A stretch of DNA of 63,820 nt, the filler included, from Octopus bimaculoides (lineage: Eukaryota), in assembly GCF_001194135.2 (NCBI RefSeq). It is 5 parts of 4 records of this genome, joined end to end, with 100 filler letters (N's around TTAATTAATTAA, not from the genome) between each part and the next. Parts side by side here need not be neighbours in the genome. Positions count along the whole stretch, not along the records: positions 1 to 22,158 come from NC_068989.1; positions 22,259 to 38,220 come from NC_068981.1; 3 more parts are not named here. The stretch is one strand, 5' to 3'. How positions within the stretch are numbered: position 1 is the first letter of the stretch; each line of letters starts with the position of its first letter. The notes under the pieces are model-generated. The model worked only from the letters and a program-made list of their open reading frames with translations, was not told the DNA's origin and searched no databases. Made by a program: the position numbers and the translations under genes. This document shows positions 11,346 through 26,441 of this stretch, in pieces.

Positions 11346-11492
11346 TGGAATGGGCTCAGTATGTGATAGATCTCGTTAAGAATTTAAATTGAAGAAGTAA
11401 GTTGGCGTAAAGATATTTTTAATATGCCAAGAAGAGGTAAAGGAAAACTGCGTTAAAGGGTGTGAAATAAGAGATATAGATGAAAAATGAGA

Positions 11493-11981
11493 TCACATAG
11501 ACAGTATTTTACGTAGGATATGGGCAGTTCCCATGAGCACTATCTTTTGAACTTCAGCCATTTTGGGGTTTCCTGGTATCTGAGCTAGGTAGTAATCAGC
11601 CCGTTTCGCTGTCATTCCCAGGGCACCTATGACAATAGGTATTGTTTTAGTCTTCAGGTTCCACATTTTGCTAATTTCTATTTCACGATCTTTATATTTG
11701 CTCAGATTTTGGTAGGTCTTGACAGATACGTTTATATCGATTGGGACAGTCATATCAATGAGGAGGCATGATTTTTGTCTGAAGTCTTTCAGTATGATGT
11801 CTGGCCTATTTGCGTCTATCTTTCTGTCAGTTTGAACGGTGAAGTTCCAGAGGAGTGCGATGTGATCATTTTCAAGTACTGGGGGTGGTTTGTGTTGCCA
11901 CCAGTTTTTATCATGGGGCAAGTCCAGGTTTTTGCATATTACCCAGTGAATATATTGTGCAGCTCTATCATGCCTGTTGAG
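11493..11981 (-). mobile_element. 5'-truncated R4/Dong-like LINE: restriction-like endonuclease domain
   Basis: Stop-free RHDRAAQYIHWVICK...DANRPDIIL...LIDMTVP...SKYKDREIEISKMW...GALG...MGTAHILRKILSM*. It shows the RH(D), PD...D and KY motifs of an RLE. The 5' end abuts (AAT)38. Confidence 0.9.
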
Positions 11982-13770
<1,789 letters not shown>

Positions 13771-15054
13771 GCAGACAGTGCTGCAGCACGGAATTTTGTC
13801 AGTGAACAGGTCACAGTCTCAAAGCGACGAAAATATTTTGGCAAATTAAATTTAAATGTTGAAGTGAATCTAACGGTCTTTGTGTGTTTCTTAACTGGCT
13901 TATAAACACCTTCCACGCTGCAATTGTTTTCGTTCCAGCACACGATCTCAGATTAGATCACTTGCTATGCAAGTACATCTCCGTAAANNNNNNNNNNNNN
14001 NNNNNNNNNNNNNNNNNNNNNNNNNNNNNNNNNNNNNNNNNNNNNNNNNNNNNNNNNNNNNNNNNNNNNNNNNNNNNNNNNNNNNNNNNNNNNNNNNNNN
14101 NNNNNNNNNNNNNNNNNNNNNNNNNNNNNNNNNNNNNNNNNNNNNNNNNNNNNNNNNNNNNNNNNNNNNNNNNNNNNNNNNNNNNNNNNNNNNNNNNNNN
14201 NNNNNNNNNNNNNNNNNNNNNNNNNNNNNNNNNNNNNNNNNNNNNNNNNNNNNNNNNNNNNNNNNNNNNNNNNNNNNNNNNNNNNNNNNNNNNNNNNNNN
14301 NNNNNNNNNNNNNNNNNNNNNNNNNNNNNNNNNNNNNNNNNNNNNNNNNNNNNNNNNNNNNNNNNNNNNNNNNNNNNNNNNNNNNNNNNNNNNNNNNNNN
14401 NNNNNNNNNNNNNNNNNNNNNNNNNNNNNNNNNNNNNNNNNNNNNNNNNNNNNNNNNNNNNNNNNNNNNNNNNNNNNNNNNNNNNNNNNNNNNNNNNNNN
14501 NNNNNNNNNNNNNNNNNNNNNNNNNNNNNNNNNNNNNNNNNNNNNNNNNNNNNNNNNNNNNNNNNNNNNNNNNNNNNNNNNNNNNNNNNNNNNNNNNNNN
14601 NNNNNNATATATATACGTATATATATATACATGTACGCATATATATACATGTATGTATGTATGTGTATATATGCTTGTTTGTTTGTATGTATGTACGTAC
14701 GCATGTATGCATATATATATGTGTGTATGTGGATGTGTGTATGCATATAGGGTGGGAGTCGATTTGCTAGACTAAAAATCCTTCGAGGCGGTGCTCCAGC
14801 ATGGCCACTGTCAGATGGCTGAAACAAGTAAAAGAATAAGAGAATGTTTATGTATATTTATTATCAAATATTGTTCTATTTTTGTTTGGTTTCGTGTTAA
14901 TTGGTTTAAAAACGTTTTAGCTATGATTTCACAAGAGATATGTCTTCTTCACTTCAAGAATAAGTCTATTTAATCATGCTCGATACTTCATATGTAGAGT
15001 ATCGCCTCGCTTACGGCCTGGCCTTGATTTATGTCATACATAAGCCATCACATC

Positions 15055-15780
<726 letters not shown>

Positions 15781-16616
15781 ACTCTATCTTATTCACTTTA
15801 CATATAATGTGTTGTTCTGTGATGCTATGATCAACAAAAATGTACTCCATCTTGTGAAAGATAAATATCATTTAATTGATACATGTGTTTATGTGTTACT
15901 ACTAGTTTCATGTCCCGAAAACATGTCAGATAATGTTCTATAACACATCTGGCATCTCAGCACAGATATCAGGCACAGCCTACATGGCATGACGAACTAA
16001 AATTGAATCGGAGAAGAAACGAGAAAAAGTACGATGGAAGTAGAAAAATTGGAAGGTTAAAAAAACGGAAAACGAAAAAGTAATCAGGAAAAAGCAAAAG
16101 AGAAAAGAGTTATCTACCTTAAACAGTGAAATATAAGGCTGAAATAAAAATTGACTTAGATTTTATGGTACAGTTAATCAGATGAAGAAAAACCTTCCCA
16201 ATTCTTCAACAGGAATTGAGACATATGCTCACAGCCGCTGAAAAATTCAGATCTAGATTTCAGCAGTGAGTTAGAGATCTTGGATCTGAAATGGAACTGA
16301 GCTCTTTCAGTTAAGCATAGCTTACATTTTTTCATCCGTTAACATAGAGTGATGATTTTTCGATTATCTTCTAGATTATCGTACGTGGGGTTGCGTTAGA
16401 TTTCAAACTCCATACATAGCTAGCCAACTTACTAACGTTGCCCTTGTTCTTATATTGGAAGGAAGCTATGTGATTACCATAGCGATTCTTAAATTGGAAA
16501 GTTTCGTTTCTATCTGATTAACTGTACCATAAAGTCTAAGTCACTATTTTTCAACCTTATAATTTACAGTCTAAAGGTAATAACTCTTTTCCTCCTACGT
16601 TTTCGTTTTCCAGTTC

Positions 16617-16946
16617 ATGAACACAAAAACAGGGAAATTATCCACAAACGTGAACATGAACTGCAAAAGCAAAACTTTGATCTACTGCAACAAATGCCCA
16701 AATTGTGGAGAAATGTACGTTGGCCAGACAGGTAATGCACTATCAGAACGCCTGCGTGTGCATCGACAACAGATTAAAAATCCAGAAGTCCGCCAAATAC
16801 CACTGAGTAACCATTTGGCAACATGTGGTCGCAAAACGTTTATGATATTTCCATTTCATAAACTTTACAACCTGAATGAAATTGAGAGGAAACAAAAGGA
16901 AAAAGACTTCATTAAGAAATTTAAACCCAAGCTCAACAAACAATAA
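16617..16946 (+). mobile_element. Penelope-like element GIY-YIG endonuclease (C-terminal ORF fragment)
   Basis: LIYCNKCPNCGEMYVGQTGNALSERLRVH...NHL...ERKQKEKDFIKKFKPKLN: IY/YVG-T, R..H, E and terminal LN motifs with the CxxC insert typical of PLE endonucleases. No RT seen upstream. Confidence 0.88.
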
Positions 16947-17169
16947 TTAAATTAATCTTATTTGGGGTTTTTAAATCTTATTCCTATAACCAAAATGCAA
17001 AAAATTTCTAAAAAATATTACTGTCATCATTTCTATAAATAAACATTGAAAAATGGTTTGGCATCATCTCTAAAAATAGCCAAAAACTACCACTGCTGTC
17101 CACAGGAATGTATATAAGGGAGAAAAGACAGCCAGGCAACTACAGTTGTCAACACTCCTATCACAGCGT

Positions 17170-17213
17170 GGGACCTTGAAGACTGTCAAAATGCAAGAAA
17201 GTATACTAGTCCC
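17170..17213 (+). ncRNA. Decayed minimal type-I hammerhead ribozyme (Penelope-type)
   Basis: GGGAC | CTTGAAGA | CTGTCAAAATGCAA | GAAA | G-TATA-C | TA | GTCCC. Stem I pairs, stem III is 1 bp with a palindromic tetraloop, the core has one extra nucleotide and stem II is damaged. Confidence 0.5.
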
Positions 17214-17450
17214 TTAATATTCAACACTTAATATTTAATATTCAATATTCAATATTTCATTTATTCAATAAGACAATCAATATTTCATTTCATTTTAATG
17301 AATATATTATATATTCTATATCCTACATTAATATTATAAGAATATAGATAAAACATAAAAAAACAGACAGGTTTTGAATTCCTTTGAATAATATATTTCT
17401 CTATACACTATCATACAAACCCCTTTATATATATATATATATATATATAT

Positions 17451-17760
17451 ATGGGGAGAATCCACGAAAAAAAACAAAAAACGAAGACAGGTGGCGTAGA
17501 CAACAAACAGATGTATTAGTATAACGCTCGGGAAGTGAAAAAGTCTTTAACGTTTCGAGCCTACGCTCTTCCAGAGAAAGGAACACAGAAAGAAACAAGG
17601 AGAGAAAAAAAGAATGCGTAGTGGCTAGCGATCTATCATGGCGAAAGCCGGTCAGAAGGGTCACACAGGAGAGCTAGGAAGAAGGGGAGATAATAAACTG
17701 ATGGTGATCCCAAAACGAAGGTGCGCGTGCGTGTGCATAAGACAGTTTGTATGTGCGTGT
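17451..17760 (-). mobile_element. Putative Penelope-like terminal-repeat remnant
   Basis: Contains GAAGAGCGTAGGCTCGAAACGTTAAA (minus strand, 17546-17579), a hammerhead-like stem II/GAAA block shared with 27714-27746. Confidence 0.4.
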
Positions 17761-19531
17761 AGAAGAGGGCTGGTGATCTTAATGTGTGCGTGTGTGTANN
17801 NNNNNNNNNNNNNNNNNNNNNNNNNNNNNNNNNNNNNNNNNNNNNNNNNNNNNNNNNNNNNNNNNNNNNNNNNNNNNNNNNNNNNNNNNNNNNNNNNNNN
17901 NNNNNNNNNNNNNNNNNNNNNNNNNNNNNNNNNNNNNNNNNNNNNNNNNNNNNNNNNNNNNNNNNNNNNNNNNNNNNNNNNNNNNNNNNNNNNNNNNNNN
18001 NNNNNNNNNNNNNNNNNNNNNNNNNNNNNNNNNNNNNNNNNNNNNNNNNNNNNNNNNNNNNNNNNNNNNNNNNNNNNNNNNNNNNNNNNNNNNNNNNNNN
18101 NNNNNNNNNNNNNNNNNNNNNNNNNNNNNNNNNNNNNNNNNNNNNNNNNNNNNNNNNNNNNNTATAAAGATAGAAAAAATATTAAAAATATCAAAATAAT
18201 AACCATTCAATAATCCTCCCTTCCTCCATTATAATAACATGTATATTATATACAAAAATCAGCTTACATAAATTATCATTGTTTTAAATTATCTTTGTTT
18301 TAAATACAATTTGAACGAAGTTTAAGTTTAAAATAATAATGAAGATAAAATTAGTACATATTTAACCTGTGTAATAGTTAAAGCTATACTATTTAAAGCT
18401 AAAAACGTTTATTTAATTATCATTAAAAATCAATTGAATAATAGAAAAATACAAGAATATTTATTTCTTCAAACGTAAGAATAAAAATATGAATGAAAAA
18501 ATTATGAATGAAAAAATTAGGAAAGAAAAAAATTACAAATTTCGCAATGCATTGTTCGAACCTGGGTTACATAGTAGAAGATACTTGCTCTGAGTGCCGC
18601 GAAGTGGGACTGAATTTGAAACCACCTGGTTAAAATGTGAGCCTCTTAACCATACAGCCATCCCTGCTAAACTTGCCTAGCATACTTCTGATTGATACTG
18701 AACCTGTAATGTCATGATTACGAAAAGAAGTTTTTAACAACTCAGCCACGCCTACGCCCGCACACGCGCGCGCGCACATATTCATACATAAGTACGTGCA
18801 TATAAGCACATACGCATGCACCATAATGTGCATTCCGCTTCGAGGTAGACATTTTGTTTTAGCTTCTAAATTTTTAGAAACAACTTTTGCTTTTGTTGGT
18901 TACTTATTTTGTTTTTTTCGGAAAGAGCAAAACAATGTTGAAATTTTTGTATTGATTTTTGTACTTATGTTTCTATCATTTTTTTTTTCTCTCTTCTTAT
19001 GGTTTTTGGTTGATGCTTATTCATTTATTTTTGTTTTCAACGCGTAAGAAGACATACCACGTAAAAAGAAGCGTGTTTTAATTATACAAGATAATTAAAT
19101 AGAGCTTTGTGAGTATGCTGCAAAAAAATGTTTTCACAGCAAAATAATAGAAGAAAACAAGAAGAACAAGAACAAGAAGGACAACAATAACTTTTATTTA
19201 CATAAGAAAGTAGATGCATTTGGAAAAATAGTGAAGGAAGAAATGGAAGGAAAAATTAAACGATTGAAGAAGTTCAGTCGCTGATGATATTTCTAGAAAA
19301 ATACTGTGTCATATAAGATGACTCCATTTTTCTTCTCCTATATACTTTATTTTAAAATTAAATGAAACACAAGCCAAAACATTGTTACTATTATTATAAT
19401 AGCGAGCTGGCTGAAATAAGTGCCAGTTGAGCACTGAGGTTGATGTAATTGATTAGCTCCTGCCCTCCAAAATTGCTGGCCATGAGCTAAAATTTGAAAC
19501 AATTATTATAATAATAATAATAATAATAATA

Positions 19532-19594
<63 letters not shown>

Positions 19595-19596
<2 letters not shown>

Positions 19597-20039
19597 GGCG
19601 GCGAGCAGGAAGAATGCACAGTGGCAAATGCTTAGTAGTGTTTCGTCCATCTTTACGTTCTGAGTTCAAATTCTTATTTCTTTATTGCCCACAAGGGGCT
19701 AAACATAAAGGGGACAAACAAGGACAGACAGAGGGATTAAGTTGATTACATAGACCCCAGTGCGTAACTGGTACTTAATTTATCGACCCTGAAAGGATGA
19801 AAGGCAAAGTCGAGATCGGCGGAATTTGAACTCAGAACGTAACAGCAGACGAAATACCGCTAAGCATTTCGCCCGGTGTGCTAACATTTCTGCCAGCTCG
19901 CCTGAGTTCAAATTCTGCCACGGTCGACTTGCCCTTCATCCTCTCGGGGGTCGATAAAATAAATAGTAGATGAGCTCTGGGGTCGATTTAATCGACTTAC
20001 CCACTTATCCGAAATTTCTTGTATTGTGCCAAAATTTCA
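19595..20039 (+). mobile_element. SINE-A host interrupted at its B box by an antisense SINE-A (19674-19901) with a 14-bp TSD
   Basis: CTGAGTTCAAATTC occurs at 19660-19673 and 19902-19915; the host sequence resumes in register after the insert. Confidence 0.9.
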
Positions 20040-20678
20040 NNNNNNNNNNNNNNNNNNNNNNNNNNNNNNNNNNNNNNNNNNNNNNNNNNNNNNNNNNNNN
20101 NNNNNNNNNNNNNNNNNNNNNNNNNNNNNNNNNNNNNNNNNNNNNNNNNNNNNNNNNNNNNNNNNNNNNNNNNNNNNNNNNNNNNNNNNNNNNNNNNNNN
20201 NNNNNNNNNNNNNNNNNNNNNNNNNNNNNNNNNNNNNNNNNNNNNNNNNNNNNNNNNNNNNNNNNNNNNNNNNNNNNNNNNNNNNNNNNNNNNNNNNNNN
20301 NNNNNNNNNNNNNNNNNNNNNNNNNNNNNNNNNNNNNNNNNNNNNNNNNNNNNNNNNNNNNNNNNNNNNNNNNNNNNNNNNNNNNNNNNNNNNNNNNNNN
20401 NNNNNNNNNNNNNNNNNNNNNNNNNNNNNNNNNNNNNNNNNNNNNNNNNNNNNNNNNNNNNNNNNNNNNNNNNNNNNNNNNNNNNNNNNNNNNNNNNNNN
20501 NNNNNNNNNNNNNNNNNNNNNNNNNNNNNNNNNNNNNNNNNNNNNNNNNNNNNNNNNNNNNNNNNNNNNNNNNNNNNNNNNNNNNNNNNNNNNNNNNNNN
20601 NNNNNNNNNNNNNNNNNNNNNNNNNNNNNNNNNNNTTCCGCATGGGCACCACCACACGTTAATGCATAAAGATAGATT

Positions 20679-20731
<53 letters not shown>

Positions 20732-21400
20732 ACACACACAAACACATACACACGCGCACATACACACACACAAGCACGCACACACGCACGCAAACATACA
20801 CAAACACATACACGTACCCATACACGCGCACACTATACTGGTTCAAAATTAACAACAAATAAAACAAAATCGAAGACGAGAGGAGTGGCGGATATAGAGA
20901 GAAAGGTTAACAAACAAAAACGGAAAATTAAAACAACACACGTGATAACATAGAGGAATAGTTAGAAGCAACTAACTATTAGTAATTATTAGCTTGACAC
21001 TCAATGAGAGATTAAGAAACAGGAAAGTCAATCTCTTCTTGGGAAAGTTAGCTGGTCAGAAGAAAAGAGTATTGGTAAAGAAAGAACGCGGGAGTAATGA
21101 AAAAGTGTGTTACTTTATTTTAAACTGGAATTTAACAAACAGTGTGCCGTTGATAGGAGGAGGAGAAAGAGTAAAGTGGAGGATAGATGGAAAGAAAGTG
21201 ATTGCGCTTGTAAAGAATCGGTGCATTCGTTACAATATCTCTTGTAATCCGATAGTGGTCCTGGTAAAGTAGGATTCAGTGGTATATTTTGGAGGAAGAG
21301 GGTAGCATCATCGAAAGGCATGCGAGATAGAAGGGAAGGAGTTCAGTGAATGCCTTATATCTGGATAGAAAATGGATAACGAGAAAATAACACGATAAAC

Positions 21401-21448
<48 letters not shown>

Positions 21449-21449
<1 letters not shown>

Positions 21450-22158
21450 TGTTTCTTTATTAGCCACACAGGGCTCAACATAGAGGGGACAAAATACAAA
21501 TGTAGAGTTTTTCTTTTCGATGGGGACGAAAATAAAGTAAAAAAAATAAAATAGGGATGACGATGAAAAGGCATCGAGAAAACGTTTGGGGTGTGTACAA
21601 AAAATTTAAAATATTAAAATATTACAAAAATTTCCCAATAAATGGGGAGGTTATCCGTGGAAAGATAACCTGCGGAAAAGACCACGGTAACCTCGGTCCT
21701 TAGTGTCACAATTTGTTAAATAAAATTCCTTTTATTTATGCAAGAAACGTAAGTAACTCTCTGTTTACAAAATTTTAAACGTTTTATAGAATCATGGTCA
21801 AGGCGGCTTCGTCATTTATACGTGCTACATGTATCCATCTTTTTTCGAAACATTTGCTAGACACTTGCCTCTCTACTCTCACCTTCCTTTTCAAGTGATA
21901 CTTGAAAAAGTTGATGAGAGATTGACCAGAGAGGAAAGTGTTTGTCTCTAATCCTTTCAGACGCGTCCACCAGATGCATTCTTTCGCCATAGCCACAAGT
22001 ACGATAAATACAGCTCTTCCTTCCCGTTTAAAGGAAGGAGGCGTCACGATATTGACGATAGACTCGGTTGATAAACCGACTCGTCCCACAAGTAACAGCA
22101 GTCGTTCGACATAAGCCCACAGCTCCGAAATGGTTGGACACTGCACGAATGCGTGCAG
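21449..22158 (-). mobile_element. L1/Tx1-clade LINE 3' end (ORF2 C-terminus plus ~330-nt 3' UTR) abutting (ATCT)n
   Basis: LHAFVQCPTISELW (H-x4-C half of the zf-RVT knuckle)...AMAKECIWWTR...FFKYHLKRKVRVER...RW, stop at 21784. It is cut by a scaffold join at 22159. The clade call rests on motif recall. Confidence 0.7.
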
Positions 22159-22258
22159 NNNNNNNNNNNNNNNNNNNNNNNNNNNNNNNNNNNNNNNNNN
22201 NNTTAATTAATTAANNNNNNNNNNNNNNNNNNNNNNNNNNNNNNNNNNNNNNNNNNNN
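22159..22258. other. Synthetic scaffold join (44 N + TTAATTAATTAA + 44 N)
   Basis: Exactly 100 nt; the palindromic 12-mer at 22203-22214 places stops in all six frames. Confidence 0.95.
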
Positions 22259-22301
<43 letters not shown>

Positions 22302-22919
22302 CGTGTGTGTGTGTGTGTGTGTATGTAAAATGGACATGTAAATTGTTATAATGAACGCATTAATAATCTGGTAGAAATGATATTGTTTATTGATATAATA
22401 TAAAACGAAACCATATGACAATTAATTGATGCTAACTCACCAGAAGATATTAAATTTTAGCATGAATTAAAATACAACCTTTTAGTGATGGCGTATGTTG
22501 TATATGGTTTTTTACTGTTAATTATTTTAAAATTGACGTATGAAGTAAAATGAGTACCGTTTTGAAAATTGCTGAATCTCACCTTAACAACAGCTGGAAC
22601 ATTCAACTTTGTTTTTAATTGCGTCTTTCACAAAGCACAGATTTTAATTTTGAAATACAGTCTCTCAGTGTTACAATGGTATAAATGCTGGCAAGCATTG
22701 TAAGATTTTCGAAATAGATAAAAAAAATTAAATATGTGAACTCTTCACATCTTTTTCTTCGCAATTTCAAATTCAAATTTCTAATCACGTCTTGTAAGAT
22801 CAAAGTTATTTTCTTTGTATTAACGACCATTGTTAGAAGGCGACACATGTATTTATTTATACACATATACGTATACATACATACGTACACGCTCACACGC
22901 ACATATGTATGCTCTAATA

Positions 22920-23280
22920 TTTGTTTCAGACACTGGACGGCGGTCATGCTGGGGCATTCCCTTGAAGTGTTTAGTCGATCAAATCTCGATAGATATACGT
23001 ATCGTAAATCAGGTTTTATGTATCGTTTTCTATCTGCCGAACCGCTAATAGACATTAACAAACCAACACCCGCTGGTAGGCAAGGAAAGCAAATAAAATA
23101 TAGAGGCAAATAAACTAATACAAACACCACGCGCATGCGCGATTGTTTTCCGTGGTCTTTATCTACCAAATTCTCACACAAGTTTTTGTGGAAGACACTT
23201 ACCGAAATTTCCGTGTAGTGTGTCTGAACTTGAAACCATGTAGTTGAGAAGCGAATTGTTTAGCCAATCAGCTATGCTCA
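22920..23280 (-). mobile_element. SINE family B, heavily diverged
   Basis: GCGGTCATGCTGGGGCA, GCCGAACCGCTAA and CTACCAAATTCTCAC...GGAAGACACTT match the reverse complement of 43713-44160. Confidence 0.6.
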
Positions 23281-23613
23281 CGTCAACATATTCGAGATAT
23301 ATATTTTTCTTGTTACAGTTTTGGCTTCAAACATATGTATATATTTTTATGAAACGTTATCATACTATAAGAGATAACTATTATCTGAAGATAAATATAT
23401 TATATAATTATCTTTTGGGTATTTCACTAAATCTAAATCTAAGATTTTAATTAATACTAAAAAGTTAAGACATTCTATGATATTTATCAGTTTCAGATGT
23501 TCGAAATAGATACATAGATATTTTATACAAACCATAAGAAATAAGCATCCCTCTAATTTTATTATCTAGAAATTATCTCCCTTTGCTGCACGATTCTTCT
23601 ATAGTTTCATGGT

Positions 23614-23769
23614 TGTTGTTGTTGGCACTCCGTCGTTTATGACGTCGAGGGTTCCAGTTGATCCGATCAATGGAACAGCCTGCTCGTGAAATTAACGTGC
23701 AAGTGGCTGAGCACTCCACAGACACGTGTACCCTTCACGTAGTTCTCGGGGATATTCAGCGTGACACAG
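23614..23769 (-). mobile_element. SINE family C, 3' half with (CAA)n tail
   Basis: Reverse complement CTGTGTCACGCTGAATATCCCCGAGAACTACG...GGAGTGCCAACAACAACAA matches the tails at about 61280-61377 and 33475-33660. Confidence 0.85.
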
Positions 23770-24032
23770 CCAAATTAGAAGACTTAACTTCAGAAGCTAG
23801 CGTTACATATACAAACGCCACATGAGCGTGGGACTTAGTCCCACAGTATCAAAGCAAATATAATGGTTAAACATATTTACAGTTCTGTTATTTCTCTGTA
23901 TATTCAATCAATGTGATTTGAGTAAAAAATAAGTAAATAGGTGCTTGAAATTATACAAGTTTCGCTGAACGTTTTTGTTTTAGATTTTATAAGTAGGATA
24001 TGTTTGTATATATCAACATACCATGAAACTCT

Positions 24033-24265
24033 GGAGATGCAATGGCCCAGTGGTTAGAGCAGCGGACTCGTGGTCATAGGATCGCGGTTTCGATTCCCAG
24101 GCCGGGTGTTGTGAGTGTTTATTGAGCGAAAACACCTAAAGTTCCACGAGGCTCCGGCAGGGGATGGCGGCGAACCCTGCTGTTCTCTTTCACCACAACT
24201 TTCTCTTACTTCCTGTTTCTGTTGTAACCTGTAATTCAAAGGGTCAGCCTTGTCACACTGTGTCA
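24033..24265 (+). mobile_element. SINE family C, 5' half
   Basis: A box TGGCCCAGTGGTTAG, B box GGTTTCGATTCCC; it ends at CTGTGTCA, the point where the inverted 3' half begins. Confidence 0.88.
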
Positions 24266-26386
24266 TTTTCAGAGTTATCTTTTTTGTAAAGATATGTAAT
24301 CTACGCGTTCTAAGTTAAACCGAAAAGTGCATGGTAAAAATTTTATAACTGGAAAAAAAAATCGTCTGTAGNNNNNNNNNNNNNNNNNNNNNNNNNNNNN
24401 NNNNNNNNNNNNNNNNNNNNNNNNNNNNNNNNNNNNNNNNNNNNNNNNNNNNNNNNNNNNNNNNNNNNNNNNNNNNNNNNNNNNNNNNNNNNNNNNNNNN
24501 NNNNNNNNNNNNNNNNNNNNNNNNNNNNNNNNNNNNNNNNNNNNNNNNNNNNNNNNNNNNNNNNNNNNNNNNNNNNNNNNNNNNNNNNNNNNNNNNNNNN
24601 NNNNNNNNNNNNNNNNNNNNNNNNNNNNNNNNNNNNNNNNNNNNNNNNNNNNNNNNNNNNNNNNNNNNNNNNNNNNNNNNNNNNNNNNNNNNNNNNNNNN
24701 NNNNNNNNNNNNNNNNNNNNNNNNNNNNNNNNNNNNNNNNNNNNNNNNNNNNNNNNNNNNNNNNNNNNNNNNNNNNNNNNNNNNNNNNNNNNNNNNNNNN
24801 NNNNNNNNNNNNNNNNNNNNNNNNNNNNNNNNNNNNNNNNNNNNNNNNNNNNNNNNNNNNNNNNNNNNNNNNNNNNNNNNNNNNNNNNNNNNNNNNNNNN
24901 NNNNNNNNNNNNNNNNNNNNNNNNNNNNNNNNNNNNNNNNNNNNNNNNNNNNNNNNNNNNNNNNNNNNNNNNNNNNNNNNNNNNNNNNNNNNNNNNNNNN
25001 NNNNNNNNNNNNNNNNNNNNNNNNNNNNNNNNNNNNNNNNNNNNNNNNNNNNNNNNNNNNNNNNNNNNNNNNNNNNNNNNNNNNNNNNNNNNNNNNNNNN
25101 NNNNNNNNNNNNNNNNNNNNNNNNNNNNNNNNNNNNNNNNNNNNNNNNNNNNNNNNNNNNNNNNNNNNNNNNNNNNNNNNNNNNNNNNNNNNNNNNNNNN
25201 NNNNNNNNNNNNNNNNNNNNNNNNNNNNNNNNNNNNNNNNNNNNNNNNNNNNNNNNNNNNNNNNNNNNNNNNNNNNNNNNNNNNNNNNNNNNNNNNNNNN
25301 NNNNNNNNNNNNNNNNNNNNNNNNNNNNNNNNNNNNNNNNNNNNNNNNNNNNNNNNNNNNNNNNNNNATATATATATATATAAGATGGATGTGGAAATAA
25401 CACAGAATGAAGTCTAAGACATTTCAGCTTAAGAGGGAATTTAATAAAAGCTTATATTATTTAAAAATACTAATATTACTGGTTTCGATATATTTCATCT
25501 TATCAATTATTAGTAAAAATTTATAAAAAATTAAAGTAGAAACAGTCTATCTTCAGTCTGGTGGTCAAGAACATATCTGGAGAATTTTCGTTGAAGTCTT
25601 ATTTAAATACATTTTAGTGTAGAGTTTAAAATGTTAGAGAGTGAGAGAAGGGGTGTCTATTGTGTTCCTTGTGTGAGTATGTGTGTGTGTGTGTGTGTGT
25701 ATGAATTTTCATGTATCGATGTATTTTTGTATACGTTATAATTGCATTGACCACAATGTTCAATAGGTACTTATTTCATCGACCCCTAAAGTATGCATGG
25801 CAAAGTCAACCTCGGCAGTTTTTGAACACTAAACATAAAGAGTCAAGAACAATAAGCGAGGATCCGCAAAGTGCCTTGTGGTATTTGTCACGTTTCTTAA
25901 CGTTCTCAATTCAGATTCCACAGTGGTCAACTTTAACTTTCATTCCTCCGAGATCGATAAAATAAGGACAATGATAAGTCTTAAGTGAATGAATTATCAT
26001 TAATAATGACCCCAGTACTTGACTGTTACTTTATTTTATGGACCCTAAAAGAATGAAAGACAAAAATCAATCGCGGTGGGATTTGAACTCGAATTCTTAA
26101 GAGTTAGAACAATACTGCAAAGCAATTTGTCAGGTATTCTAACAATTTTGCCAACTCTTCGTCATCCCCCTCATCCTCATCACCAATATATCCATCATGA
26201 TTCATAATTCATCGTTTTCTCCGCTTCCTTCTTTTTCTTCTTCTTTGTCTTCTTCAATGCTGTCCGAATGAGTTATAAGAATTACCGCCACTTTTGAGGT
26301 ATATTAGTAGAACTTCTTCATTCCATTTTTGTGTGGACAAGAAAAATATATACAAAAACAACAACAAAACACACACACACACGATA

Positions 26387-26441
<55 letters not shown>

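Noticed and set aside
13771-13987. Repeat-like segment fused to the LINE inside ORF 13506..13943, with a GTCAC..GCGAC-GAAA hairpin
   Set aside because: The N-terminal half of that ORF is unrelated read-through. The core GTGAACA is too far from CUGANGA to call a ribozyme, and I could not classify the segment.
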